DNA from: Pseudobdellovibrionaceae bacterium
GTDB taxonomy: Bacteria; Bdellovibrionota; Bdellovibrionia; Bdellovibrionales; JAMPXM01
Length of the DNA stretch: 64,000 nucleotides
Direction of reading: 5' to 3'
Assembly: GCA_947462815.1 (NCBI GenBank)
Contig: CANHQR010000001.1
Coordinates: 32,038 to 96,037 of the forward strand
Every line of letters starts with the position of its first letter. Position 1 is the first letter of the stretch. Below are positions 20,424 to 30,397 of this stretch, in pieces. The notes below the pieces were generated by a model that was given only the letters and a program-made list of their open reading frames with translations, was not told where the DNA came from and searched no databases. The position numbers and the translations under genes were made by a program.

Positions 20424-20692
20424 GTCTCGCTCCTCCTAGGATGAGTGCTCTTCGTTGAACAAGAAGACTTCCCTTACACAAAGGATAGCCCTGCGACACT
20501 GATCGTCAATAGAAAAAATAAACTTGAGACGAACAAAGTGCGATTTCTCGCAAAAAAAGTCCGGAAAGGTTCGAAATCGAGTCGAAAACGGCTCGAAATG
20601 ATTGTCCGACACGCGATGAAGTCGAAACTCACATCACTTCATCCACGCAAAGTGCTTCGATCCGCGCTCGTGAGTGTGATGAAGCATCGAAA

Positions 20693-21547
20693 ATGCTCGA
20701 GGACCTTGTGGAGGTGCTCATGTCGGCGCTATTTGTGGTCGTAGTTGTGCTGTTGTCGGTACTCGGATGCGCATCCGTAATACGAATTCTTGAGCTGCAT
20801 CGTCGATTCAACCTCATTCGCAACGAAGAGATGACGAAAATTGGCACTTCGGCACTTTTCATAGCGGGAATTCTCACGCATCAACGGCATCCGTTGTCTC
20901 TGTTCGAGGCGATTTTGATCATCGCATGCCTTCCGCTGGTCGTTTGGTTCGGGGTTCGACTCATTTTGCGTCGTCGATGGGATCAGATTGAAGCCTCCTT
21001 GCCCGAGTTGTTCAGTCGAATCGCGTTGCGAATGAAGATGGGCGCCTCATTTCGGTCGGCCGTCGAACAAATTGCCCATGAGCGAGCCGATGGAACGCAG
21101 TTGGGATGGTTGGCACTGCTTCAAAATGTGTCTTTTTCACCACAAAACGCAAACATTGCCGATGAACTCGCAAATCGAGGCTCGCTTTCAAGCGTGAGTC
21201 CACCTTCGGATGAAGAACTTCGCGCTTGGCCCTCATTTTTTCGAGATCTCGTGATTGAATTTAGAATTCTCGATCAAAGCTCGCGCGATGTCCTCAAGCG
21301 CGTCGAATTCTTGCGAGCCCAGCGCATGAGACTGAGACACTTTCGACGTAGGTCGAGACAAGCTTCTATGCAGGCGCGCGTGCAAAGCCGCGTGATGAGT
21401 ATCATGTTTGTGGCGCTGTCGATCTTCATGGCGGTGTTTGTCGGTTGGAGTGAGCTTCGGCCGGTTCTCCCCATCGCCTTGTTTCTCCAGATTTTGGGTC
21501 AACTCGCCTTCTATCGTATCGAACGAGGACTGAAATGGACCGTATGA
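20693..21547 (+). CDS. TadB-like T2SSF-domain inner-membrane platform protein
   Basis: The 284-aa ORF has N-terminal TM helices. LPELFSRIALRMKMGASFRSAVEQIA ... DVLKRVEFLRAQRMRLRHFRRRSRQASMQARVQSRVMSIMFVALSIFMAVF resembles the TadB/TadC T2SSF pattern (LPxxLxxLxxxLxAGxSLxxAL ... LxxLAxxLRxRxxLRRKxxAxxA + TM). This is motif-level recognition only. Confidence 0.5.
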   Translation: MLEDLVEVLMSALFVVVVVLLSVLGCASVIRILELHRRFNLIRNEEMTKIGTSALFIAGILTHQRHPLSLFEAILIIACLPLVVWFGVRLILRRRWDQIEASLPELFSRIALRMKMGASFRSAVEQIAHERADGTQLGWLALLQNVSFSPQNANIADELANRGSLSSVSPPSDEELRAWPSFFRDLVIEFRILDQSSRDVLKRVEFLRAQRMRLRHFRRRSRQASMQARVQSRVMSIMFVALSIFMAVFVGWSELRPVLPIALFLQILGQLAFYRIERGLKWTV

Positions 21548-21990
21548 GTCGTCTCAGTCCCATCTTAAGTCTGCTGATGGATCTGGAAACTGCCGTCGAG
21601 CGCGGAGAGTCGGTCGCCTACGCATTGCGAGCGATTCGATCCCGTCGACAGGCTCTTCACCAAACTCAGGAGATGGGGCTCAACTTGTGGATTGATGACC
21701 TGTTGCTGAGCTGGGAGCGCGGTAGGCCGGCTCGCGCGGTCTCGGCGCCCGGCGACATCTCCCTTCAGCTGGCTGAGATATTGGATGAAGGCTGGCGAGG
21801 TGCGAGTGTTCTTCGTCAGCTCAGTGATTTGCGGGCCTATGCGGAGGAACAAGCCGAGTCGGATTTGGAGAACTTCGTACAGGCTCTACCCTTGCGGTCC
21901 CTCATTCCGCTGCTGCTCTTCCAATTGCCGTCGCTGATGTTGGTGTTGCTTTGGCCGATCTTACAAAAGCTCGTGCGGGACCTTGGGTAA
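21535..21990 (+). CDS. Short TadC-like T2SSF-domain protein
   Basis: The 151-aa ORF has LMDLETAVERGESVAYALRAI and ends in ALPLRSLIPLLLFQLPSLMLVLLWPIL, like the terminal helix of T2SSF proteins. It overlaps the stop of the upstream gene (ATGA at 21544-21547). A GAGGA RBS is present. Confidence 0.45.
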   Translation: MDRMSRLSPILSLLMDLETAVERGESVAYALRAIRSRRQALHQTQEMGLNLWIDDLLLSWERGRPARAVSAPGDISLQLAEILDEGWRGASVLRQLSDLRAYAEEQAESDLENFVQALPLRSLIPLLLFQLPSLMLVLLWPILQKLVRDLG

Positions 21991-22015
21991 ATCGCGTTTG
22001 CAGAAGGGATACTGG

Positions 22016-22255
22016 ATGCTGACATTGCCTCTCGCTTTATGCATATCGATTTTCTGCGGCCCGGCGGTCGGGATTGCTCAGATCCCGCAAGCTGCTGTCG
22101 TGATCAAGTACAGTCCGCCCTCTCCCGCGCTGAGGTTTGCTCAGCCGCAGACGAGAATTTGGGTGTGGAAGCCGCGAGTTTCAAAGCCTCAAGCCATAGG
22201 GCCTCAGGCCATAAAAACTAAGACCTCTGCAAAGCGAAGGCGGTGGTCGCGATGA
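22016..22255 (+). CDS. Small exported hypothetical protein
   Basis: Within track ORF 21983-22255 I prefer the ATG at 22016, preceded by AAGGGA. The signal-like N-terminus is MLTLPLALCISIFCGPAVGIAQ, and there is an internal duplication PQAIGPQAI. The stop overlaps the kinase ATG (ATGA). Confidence 0.35.
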   Translation: MLTLPLALCISIFCGPAVGIAQIPQAAVVIKYSPPSPALRFAQPQTRIWVWKPRVSKPQAIGPQAIKTKTSAKRRRWSR

Positions 22256-23043
22256 GGCTTCGCGGAGCATGGGGAGAGGTGGAGCTTCTTGATGAGGTCG
22301 CCGAAGGTTTTGAGGCTCGGGTTTACCGAGGTCGATGGGTCGACTTCAACCGCCAGGTCCGACGAGTCGCCATCAAACGACCATTGGATCTCAGTGTGAA
22401 TGGTCGAGTTCTTTGGGAAGCGCGTTGGACTCGGCAGCGCAAATTCCCCTCGCCGTATTTTGTGAAGCCCGTATTGAGAATGGAGTCCGACTGGGGCGAT
22501 TTATATGTCGAGCCGTGGATTCGAGGTGAGACCTTGTCGCAAATTCGTGCTCGTGACCCCAAATGGCTTGCGAGTGATGCCTTGGTCTTGCAGCTCGGTC
22601 GGCAAATGTTGCGGGCTTGGCGAAGCTTGCAGTCTGAGGGCCTCGTCCACGGCGATTTCTCGCCCCATAACGTCATGCTTGATGAGTCAGGCGGCTTGGC
22701 GATTCTGGATGTGCATGCGGGCGACGAGCCGGATCATCTCCGTTTGACGGCTGCCTTTGCGGCTCCGGAGCGATTGGCCGGAGAAATGGCTTCGTCGGCC
22801 AGTGATCTGTACTCTTTGGGCCGACTTCTCGCCTATTGCCAAGAGGGGCGTGAGTGCCAGGCCTTAGTTCATGAAGTTTGGCCGGGTTTGATGAGTGAGC
22901 AGCCGGCGAATCGGCATGCTCGCCCTCAGCGCCGACGTGTGCCACGACTGCACTGGATGCAAGCTCACGAGGAGTTTGTGAGCTTTGGCCTCGACAATTG
23001 TGCGTCGCGAGAGTCGAGTGAAAGAAATCTCGTGGACAGCTGA
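22243..23043 (+). CDS. Hanks-type Ser/Thr protein kinase-like protein (kinase domain only)
   Basis: The motifs are VAIKR (subdomain II Lys), LVHGDFSPHNVML (catalytic loop with HGD in place of HRD, Asn retained), ILDVH (DFG position), AAPERLAG (APE) and SDLYSLGRLL (subdomain IX). The likely ATG is at 22252. Confidence 0.65.
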   Translation: MVAMRLRGAWGEVELLDEVAEGFEARVYRGRWVDFNRQVRRVAIKRPLDLSVNGRVLWEARWTRQRKFPSPYFVKPVLRMESDWGDLYVEPWIRGETLSQIRARDPKWLASDALVLQLGRQMLRAWRSLQSEGLVHGDFSPHNVMLDESGGLAILDVHAGDEPDHLRLTAAFAAPERLAGEMASSASDLYSLGRLLAYCQEGRECQALVHEVWPGLMSEQPANRHARPQRRRVPRLHWMQAHEEFVSFGLDNCASRESSERNLVDS

Positions 23044-23062
23044 AAATGACTCCGCTTAGCTC

Positions 23063-23380
23063 TTGGACATGAGTTCGAATCGACGTCCGAAATCACCAAC
23101 GCCACCGCCATTTTCTGAGCTCAGTTTGCTGGTGCAAACGCTGTTGTCCGAGCCAAAATCGCGCCGCCTGAGGTCGGTCAATCGACAGTCGGAACCTCGT
23201 TCCTCGCAGCGCAATGACTCGCGTTCGCAGCGTGAAAGAGTGGCGCAACTCTTTGAAAAGTGGGGCTACGGGTCGGTGAAGGATGAGGCGGAGCAACTGC
23301 GGCTTGCTCTGATGCTCTTGGAGTGCCATGACGAAGCGGTTTCGTCGCGTCCGGATGACCTGACCAGCCAGCGCGATTAA
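23063..23380 (+). CDS. Hypothetical protein (Ser/Arg-rich, no motif recognised)
   Basis: This 105-aa ORF begins 20 nt after the kinase stop. Only position and ORF length support it. Confidence 0.3.
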   Translation: MDMSSNRRPKSPTPPPFSELSLLVQTLLSEPKSRRLRSVNRQSEPRSSQRNDSRSQRERVAQLFEKWGYGSVKDEAEQLRLALMLLECHDEAVSSRPDDLTSQRD

Positions 23381-23617
23381 AGACAAACCTCGTATTCTCG
23401 TGATCCCAAATTGAGAATGTCGGTCCAAGTCTTTGAGAGCCGTGGTGGTTCGCCCAGCCGGAAGATCCCGAGGCCAAGGGAGCCATGGGCCAACAACCCG
23501 ACGAGGCGCATACTCAATTATTAACGATTTGATTTATTTTATTGGAGCGCATCAGCGTGTGAGGCTTGATGCGATGAACGAACTGAATTGTCGGAAATGC
23601 GACGACCGTGGGGGTGA

Positions 23618-24619
23618 GTGATGGACAATGCGCGATTTGGAGTTTGTGACAACGTCTTGGCCGCGATTGGCCAGACCCCGATGGTTCGACTGCATCGAAT
23701 TGGCGATGGTACCCACCAATTCTTCGGAAAAGTCGAATTTTTCAACCCGGGAGGATCGGTCAAAGATCGCATCGCTCTCGCGATCATTGAGGACTTTGAG
23801 AAGAAAGGTCAGCTCAAGCCTGGGGGTACAATCGTCGAGGCGACGTCAGGTAACACGGGCGTAGGTTTGGGATTGGTCGCGCTGTTGAAGGGATACAAGT
23901 GCGTCTTTGTCATGCCGGAGAAAATCTCCGAGGAAAAGCGCGCGGTGCTGCGAGCCTATGGCGCTCGAGTGGTGATGACGCCGACGGGCTTGGAGCCGGA
24001 TGACCCGAATTCTCACTACTCTGTGGCGGCGCGGATCGTCAAAGAGACGCCGGGAGCTGTACTTGCGAACCAATATCACAATCCGGCCAATCCGCTCGTG
24101 CACTACCGTTCGACAGGTCCCGAGATTTGGAAGCAGATGCAGGGCGAGATCGACGTCTTTGTCGGCGGCATGGGTACCGGCGGAACATTGTCGGGTGTCG
24201 GTCGCTATTTAAAGGAGCAGGCTAAAGCGGCAGGTCGCGAAGTGAAGAATGTCTGCGCGGACCCCTATGGTTCGATTCTCTTCGATTTGTTTTATCACAA
24301 GGAAGTTCGAGACCCAGCACACTCCTATCTTGTGGAGGGAATCGGCGAAGATATGCTGCCTGAGAACGTGCACTTTGATGTGTTGGATGACTTTGTCCGC
24401 GTCGATGACAAGGAAAGTTTTGCGGCGACTCGCGAGTTGGCTCAAAAAGAAGGCCTTCTCTGTGGACCCTCTTGCGGTGCAGCTCTTGCGGCAGCCGTGA
24501 AGTACTCAAAGACGTTGAAAAAGCCCTCGAAGATCGTGGTCATGTTGCCCGATGGCGGCCGCTCTTACTTGAGCAAGGCCTTTAATGATGAATGGCTCAA
24601 GGCCAACAAACTGATTTGA
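23618..24619 (+). CDS. PLP-dependent cysteine synthase / cystathionine beta-synthase family enzyme (no CBS pair)
   Basis: The motifs are KVEFFNPGGSVKDRIAL (PLP lysine) and EATSGNTGVGLG. The downstream cystathionine gamma-lyase-type gene suggests an MccA/MccB-like reverse transsulfuration pair. Confidence 0.85.
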   Translation: MMDNARFGVCDNVLAAIGQTPMVRLHRIGDGTHQFFGKVEFFNPGGSVKDRIALAIIEDFEKKGQLKPGGTIVEATSGNTGVGLGLVALLKGYKCVFVMPEKISEEKRAVLRAYGARVVMTPTGLEPDDPNSHYSVAARIVKETPGAVLANQYHNPANPLVHYRSTGPEIWKQMQGEIDVFVGGMGTGGTLSGVGRYLKEQAKAAGREVKNVCADPYGSILFDLFYHKEVRDPAHSYLVEGIGEDMLPENVHFDVLDDFVRVDDKESFAATRELAQKEGLLCGPSCGAALAAAVKYSKTLKKPSKIVVMLPDGGRSYLSKAFNDEWLKANKLI

Positions 24620-24627
24620 GGTCAAAG

Positions 24628-25791
24628 ATGGAAAAAAATTGGTCTTCGAAAGAGTTCAGCTTTGAAACGCGAGCCATTCATGCAGGTCAAGAGCCAGACC
24701 CGACCACCGGCGCTATCATGACACCCGTGTATTTGACCTCCACCTATGTGCAGGAATCGCCGGGTGTACATCGCGGCTATGAGTATAGCCGTACGCACAA
24801 TCCAACTCGAAAGGCCTATGAAGCTTGTTTGGCCAACCTTGAAGGTGGTCGTCATGGGTTCGCATTTGCCTCGGGTTGCGCCGCCTCGACGACGGCCTTG
24901 CACCTCTTGAAGGCGGGCGATCATGTGATCGCCGGCGACGATATGTATGGCGGCACCTTTCGCCTGATGGATAAGGTGATACGGCATAATGGCGTGCAGT
25001 TTAGCTATGTGGATTTGACTCGGGCAGAGAACTTCACAGCGGCGCTTCGACCGGAGACGAAGATGGTATGGCTGGAGACACCGACCAATCCGACGTTGAA
25101 GCTGGTCGATATTGCGGCGATTTCGAAATTGGCTCGTGCGAAGGGCATCATCACCGTCGTCGACAACACCTTTATGAGTCCCTACTTTCAGCGGCCGATC
25201 GAGCTCGGTGCGGACATCGTTCTGCATTCGGCAACGAAGTATATCGGAGGCCATTCCGACATGGTCGGTGGAGCTCTGATTACATCGAGTGATGAGCTCG
25301 CGCAAAAGCTGGCATTTTTGTCGAATTCGATGGGCGGGATCGCATCGCCATTCGACTCTTTTTTGGCGATGCGCTCGTTGAAAACTTTGGGTGTGCGAAT
25401 GCGGGCTCATGACAGCAACGCTCGCGAGGTCGCAGCTTTCCTCGAAAAGCATCCTCGTGTGGACCGAGTGGTTTACCCAGGTTTGGCGTCACATCCCCAG
25501 CATGCTTTGGCTAGGGAGCAGATGTCGGGATTTGGTGGCATGATCACCATGTTTATTAAAGGTGGTATGGCCGAGGCCCGACAAATGCTTGAAAATGTGC
25601 GGGTCTTTGCCCTTGCGGAGAGCTTGGGTGGCGTGGAGTCCTTGATCGAGCACCCGGCCATTATGACTCATGCCAGCGTGCCGGCGGAAACTCGTGCGGC
25701 CTTGGGTATCGATGATCGGCTCATTCGGCTGTCAGTGGGTATTGAGGACGTGCGGGATTTGATCCGCGATCTTGAGAATGCACTGAAGTGA
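24628..25791 (+). CDS. Cystathionine gamma-lyase/gamma-synthase family (Cys/Met metabolism PLP enzyme)
   Basis: The motifs are ETRAIHAGQ, YSRTHNPT and HSATKYIGGHSD (PLP lysine). The start is moved to the ATG at 24628, which follows a GAGG; the track ORF begins at 24592. Confidence 0.85.
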   Translation: MEKNWSSKEFSFETRAIHAGQEPDPTTGAIMTPVYLTSTYVQESPGVHRGYEYSRTHNPTRKAYEACLANLEGGRHGFAFASGCAASTTALHLLKAGDHVIAGDDMYGGTFRLMDKVIRHNGVQFSYVDLTRAENFTAALRPETKMVWLETPTNPTLKLVDIAAISKLARAKGIITVVDNTFMSPYFQRPIELGADIVLHSATKYIGGHSDMVGGALITSSDELAQKLAFLSNSMGGIASPFDSFLAMRSLKTLGVRMRAHDSNAREVAAFLEKHPRVDRVVYPGLASHPQHALAREQMSGFGGMITMFIKGGMAEARQMLENVRVFALAESLGGVESLIEHPAIMTHASVPAETRAALGIDDRLIRLSVGIEDVRDLIRDLENALK

Positions 25792-25851
25792 GGCCCGGGG
25801 TTTGACTTTGAGGGTCGGCCTGCGCTACCCCTGAGTCCCTCATTCCGACGT

Positions 25852-25927
25852 GGTCAGGTAGCTCAGTCGGTAGAGCAATGGACTGAAAATCCATGTGTCG
25901 GCGGTTCAATTCCGTCCCTGACCACCA
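25852..25927 (+). tRNA. tRNA-Phe (anticodon GAA), CCA encoded
   Basis: I folded the cloverleaf by hand. The acceptor is GGTCAGG/CCTGACC, the D stem GCTC/GAGC and the anticodon stem ATGGA/TCCAT with loop CTGAAAA. The T stem is GGCGG/CCGTC with loop TTCAATT, and the 3' end is A-CCA. Confidence 0.95.
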
Positions 25928-26273
25928 CTTTTTTCTAAATAATTCGACTTGTTTTTCGATATTTGGAGCTCATGGAGCCGCTCGGGTCAGGGAGTCGGTT
26001 CTCAGGGCCTCGAGCCCACCCCGTTGCTCGAGTCCCTTGGTCAGCTCTCACATACTCTGCGCCAAGACCTGCCGCGGGCGGCTTTTGATCGCGGGAACAA
26101 CCCGACCAGCATTTCCTACCCAAAATCATTCATTCTCGGACGCTGAGAGGTCATGGCGGCGCTCGGGTCAAATCGGATGTGGGGAGCTCCTTCAGGGGGA
26201 CAGTTTGTTCTGTCCTCTCCTTAACATTTCGTATACTTAGGACTCCGCAATATCCTTCCTTCCTCGGTGGTCT

Positions 26274-27293
26274 ATGCCCGTCGATTTACGCAGTGAACTC
26301 GAGAAGAACCCATTCGTGTTGGCGCCTATGGCGGGGATCACGGATTGTGCTTTTCGAAACATGATGCGCCGACTGGGTTGCGGTGTGGTGGTGACGGAGT
26401 TGGTGTCCGCCACCGGGATTGAATATGCGAGTCGCAAGACGCATCAGTTGATGGAATTTACTGAAGACCAGCGGCCCGTTGGAATTCAGCTCTTTGGCGA
26501 GGATCCGCAAATTGTGGGTCGAGCGGCAAAAGTCGTCGAAGAGCGCGGGGCCGACTTTGTTGACCTCAATTTTGGTTGTCCAGTGCCGAAGGTGGTGAAG
26601 AAGGGTGCCGGTTCCGCGATTTTGCGCGATCTGCAAGCTGTTGCTGAGATGTTTCAAGGTGTACGGGCTGCGACCTCTTTACCGGTGACGGTGAAGATTC
26701 GAACAGGATGGGATGAGAGCTCGCGAAATGCTGTCGAGGTGGCGCGAATTGCCTACGAAGAAGGACTAACCTGGGTCGCGATTCATGGCCGCACGCGAGC
26801 GGCAGGCTATTCGGGATTGGCTGACTGGGATTTCATTGCGGACGTCAAAGCGAAATCGAAAATTCCGATCTTGGGGAACGGCGATCTTGTCACGGCGGAG
26901 ATGGCCGTACGCCGCTTGCGTGAATCCGGTGTGGATGGAGTGCTTATTGGTCGCGGTTGCCTCAAGAACCCTTGGATTTTTAAGCAGGCTATGGGGATTT
27001 TGCGCGAAGGTCGGGCACCTGAGGTGGAAAAGGATTTTGGGGGGCTCTTTGCGCAATTGAAGTCCGAGCTCCATCGCGTCGCTGACGATCGGATCGTTAT
27101 GCTTCAAATCAAAAAATTTGCGGCATGGTACTCCAGCGGGTATCCTGGCGCCTCGAATTTTCGACGGACGATCTTTCAAGTGGAGTCACTTGAAGACACA
27201 ATGCGAGCGGTGGCCGACTATTTTGATGGAATCCGCGAAATTATTCAGGCGGACACGAGCAGTGAAGCATTTTTGATGGGTGGCCACGGTTAA
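26274..27293 (+). CDS. dusB: tRNA-dihydrouridine synthase (DusB/NifR3-like)
   Basis: The motifs are LAPMAGITDCAFR, DLNFGCPVPKV (catalytic Cys) and VAIHGRTR. Assignment to the B subtype is tentative. Confidence 0.85.
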   Translation: MPVDLRSELEKNPFVLAPMAGITDCAFRNMMRRLGCGVVVTELVSATGIEYASRKTHQLMEFTEDQRPVGIQLFGEDPQIVGRAAKVVEERGADFVDLNFGCPVPKVVKKGAGSAILRDLQAVAEMFQGVRAATSLPVTVKIRTGWDESSRNAVEVARIAYEEGLTWVAIHGRTRAAGYSGLADWDFIADVKAKSKIPILGNGDLVTAEMAVRRLRESGVDGVLIGRGCLKNPWIFKQAMGILREGRAPEVEKDFGGLFAQLKSELHRVADDRIVMLQIKKFAAWYSSGYPGASNFRRTIFQVESLEDTMRAVADYFDGIREIIQADTSSEAFLMGGHG

Positions 27294-27457
27294 ACTTAAC
27301 GGACATCTAAATTGAGAGAGGACACGAGCGCCAGTAGAGCGAAAGCTTGGCGCTTTAGACCGAGTGATGGCGCAGGCCTCTCGATGTTGAGCCAGACTGA
27401 TTTGAGAACATGAGTTTTTGACGAGTTTGTAAAAGCCCGATCGATAAGGACGTGTGA

Positions 27458-29284
<1,827 letters not shown>

Positions 29285-29350
29285 TTTGTTGAGAAGAGAA
29301 CTCAGTCATCGGACAAGCTTATATTGGGGGCCTGCCCAACCCGATGTAGG

Positions 29351-29373
29351 GAGGACATCTCCACGATGTCCTC
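29351..29373. terminator. Hairpin between convergent typA and mtgA (possible terminator)
   Basis: The sequence GAGGACATC-tccac-GATGTCCTC is a 9-bp perfect stem. Only a weak, displaced T-run (tgttttc) follows on the plus strand. Confidence 0.4.
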
Positions 29374-29385
29374 TCGCGTCTGTTT

Positions 29386-30258
29386 TCAGTTCGAAGACTC
29401 TTCAATCGTCTTAGGAGCCCGATCTTGCGTGGGCCCTTCGTTATTGAATTCCTCAGAGGACTCAAGAGCTTCAGCCTCCCCCATCGATTCGTCGGCTAAA
29501 TCAAGAGGGGCGTGGCCTCCAAAAATCGTATCGAGTTCCATCCAAGCTTGAATCTTTTCGGGCTCGGAGATCTTTTTGAAACGATGCAAACGATCGACGA
29601 TCTCGCGCGTTTGCCTTCGCGCAAAGGCCGAGAGTTGTTTCTTTCGAAAGCTCGCAGCATAGCGTTTAGGGCTCGGGAGAAGAAACGCGAGAAAAGCGCT
29701 TTCGGCCACACTCAAGTCGGCCGGGGACTTGCGAAAATAGAATTGAGACGCGGGTTTGATACCATAGAGGCCTTCCCCGAACTCGACCACATTCAGATAC
29801 TTTTCGAGGATAAAGGGCTTTTCGTAGAGCCTTTCGATTCTGAGGGCGATGATCGCCTCGCGGGCCTTTCTCCATAGGGATTTTTCGGCAGATAGGTAAA
29901 CGTTTTTGGCAAGTTGCTGGGTGATGGTGGACCCGCCTCGAGCGAAGCGACCCTTTTCGATGTTGGTTTCGAAACTCTTTTTGAGTTCGTCCCAGTCGAT
30001 GCCTTGGTGATCCCAGAACGCCGCATCCTCGGAGTACACGATCGCGTGCTTGGCGTGGGCTGAGATTTGGCCCAACTTTACGTAGTCAGCCGACTTTGGA
30101 CAGAGGCGGACTTTGTAAAGCTCTGTGGTCAGGCAAGTCTCCAAATCAGTGCCTTGCGGAGTGAGTAAGAGAAGGAGGGCGAGTGTGCCGCCTGCGATGA
30201 TGACGAGTGAAACAGCGAGCAGGCTCAGCCAACCGAGCCCCTTGAGAAATTTCCACAT
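29386..30258 (-). CDS. mtgA: Monofunctional peptidoglycan glycosyltransferase (GT51) with an acidic C-terminal tail
   Basis: An N-terminal TM is followed by SEDAAFWDHQGID, RGGSTITQQLAKN and RKAREAIIALRIE. Confidence 0.85.
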   Translation of the reverse strand: MWKFLKGLGWLSLLAVSLVIIAGGTLALLLLLTPQGTDLETCLTTELYKVRLCPKSADYVKLGQISAHAKHAIVYSEDAAFWDHQGIDWDELKKSFETNIEKGRFARGGSTITQQLAKNVYLSAEKSLWRKAREAIIALRIERLYEKPFILEKYLNVVEFGEGLYGIKPASQFYFRKSPADLSVAESAFLAFLLPSPKRYAASFRKKQLSAFARRQTREIVDRLHRFKKISEPEKIQAWMELDTIFGGHAPLDLADESMGEAEALESSEEFNNEGPTQDRAPKTIEESSN

Positions 30259-30397
30259 AGTGAAAGGCTAAACTAGGCCATGTCGAGCTGTCGCCAAAAA
30301 CTCTAAGTGCAAAATGAAGGGTGTTCCGTAAAGTCACGCGAGGCCCGAGTTGCCAGTTGCCGGGCTTCGTTCTAAGCCTTTTGGACCGGGGGTAAGC

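Noticed and set aside
20445-20744. A 99-aa plus-strand ORF between the lysine-rich gene and the TadB-like gene.
   Set aside because: It is Arg/Lys/Ser/Cys-rich and unlike a real protein. It covers the AT-rich promoter region containing the TCGAAA repeats and runs into the TadB-like start. It has no RBS.
23381-23617. A possible SAM or other riboswitch in the 238-bp leader of the CBS-like / cystathionine gamma-lyase operon.
   Set aside because: I found a small hairpin (GCATCAG...CTTGATGC) but none of the conserved cores I know for SAM-I (GAGGGA...GCAACC order), SAM-II or SAM/SAH elements. It cannot be supported without a covariance-model scan.
24622-25452. A 276-aa minus-strand ORF inside the cystathionine gamma-lyase gene.
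   Set aside because: It is antisense to a PLP enzyme with intact motifs and has no independent signals.
25852-26274. A genomic island or prophage integrated at tRNA-Phe.
   Set aside because: No integrase, phage or transposase gene follows the tRNA. dus starts only 346 bp downstream. Only a short imperfect direct repeat was kept, as a low-interest finding.
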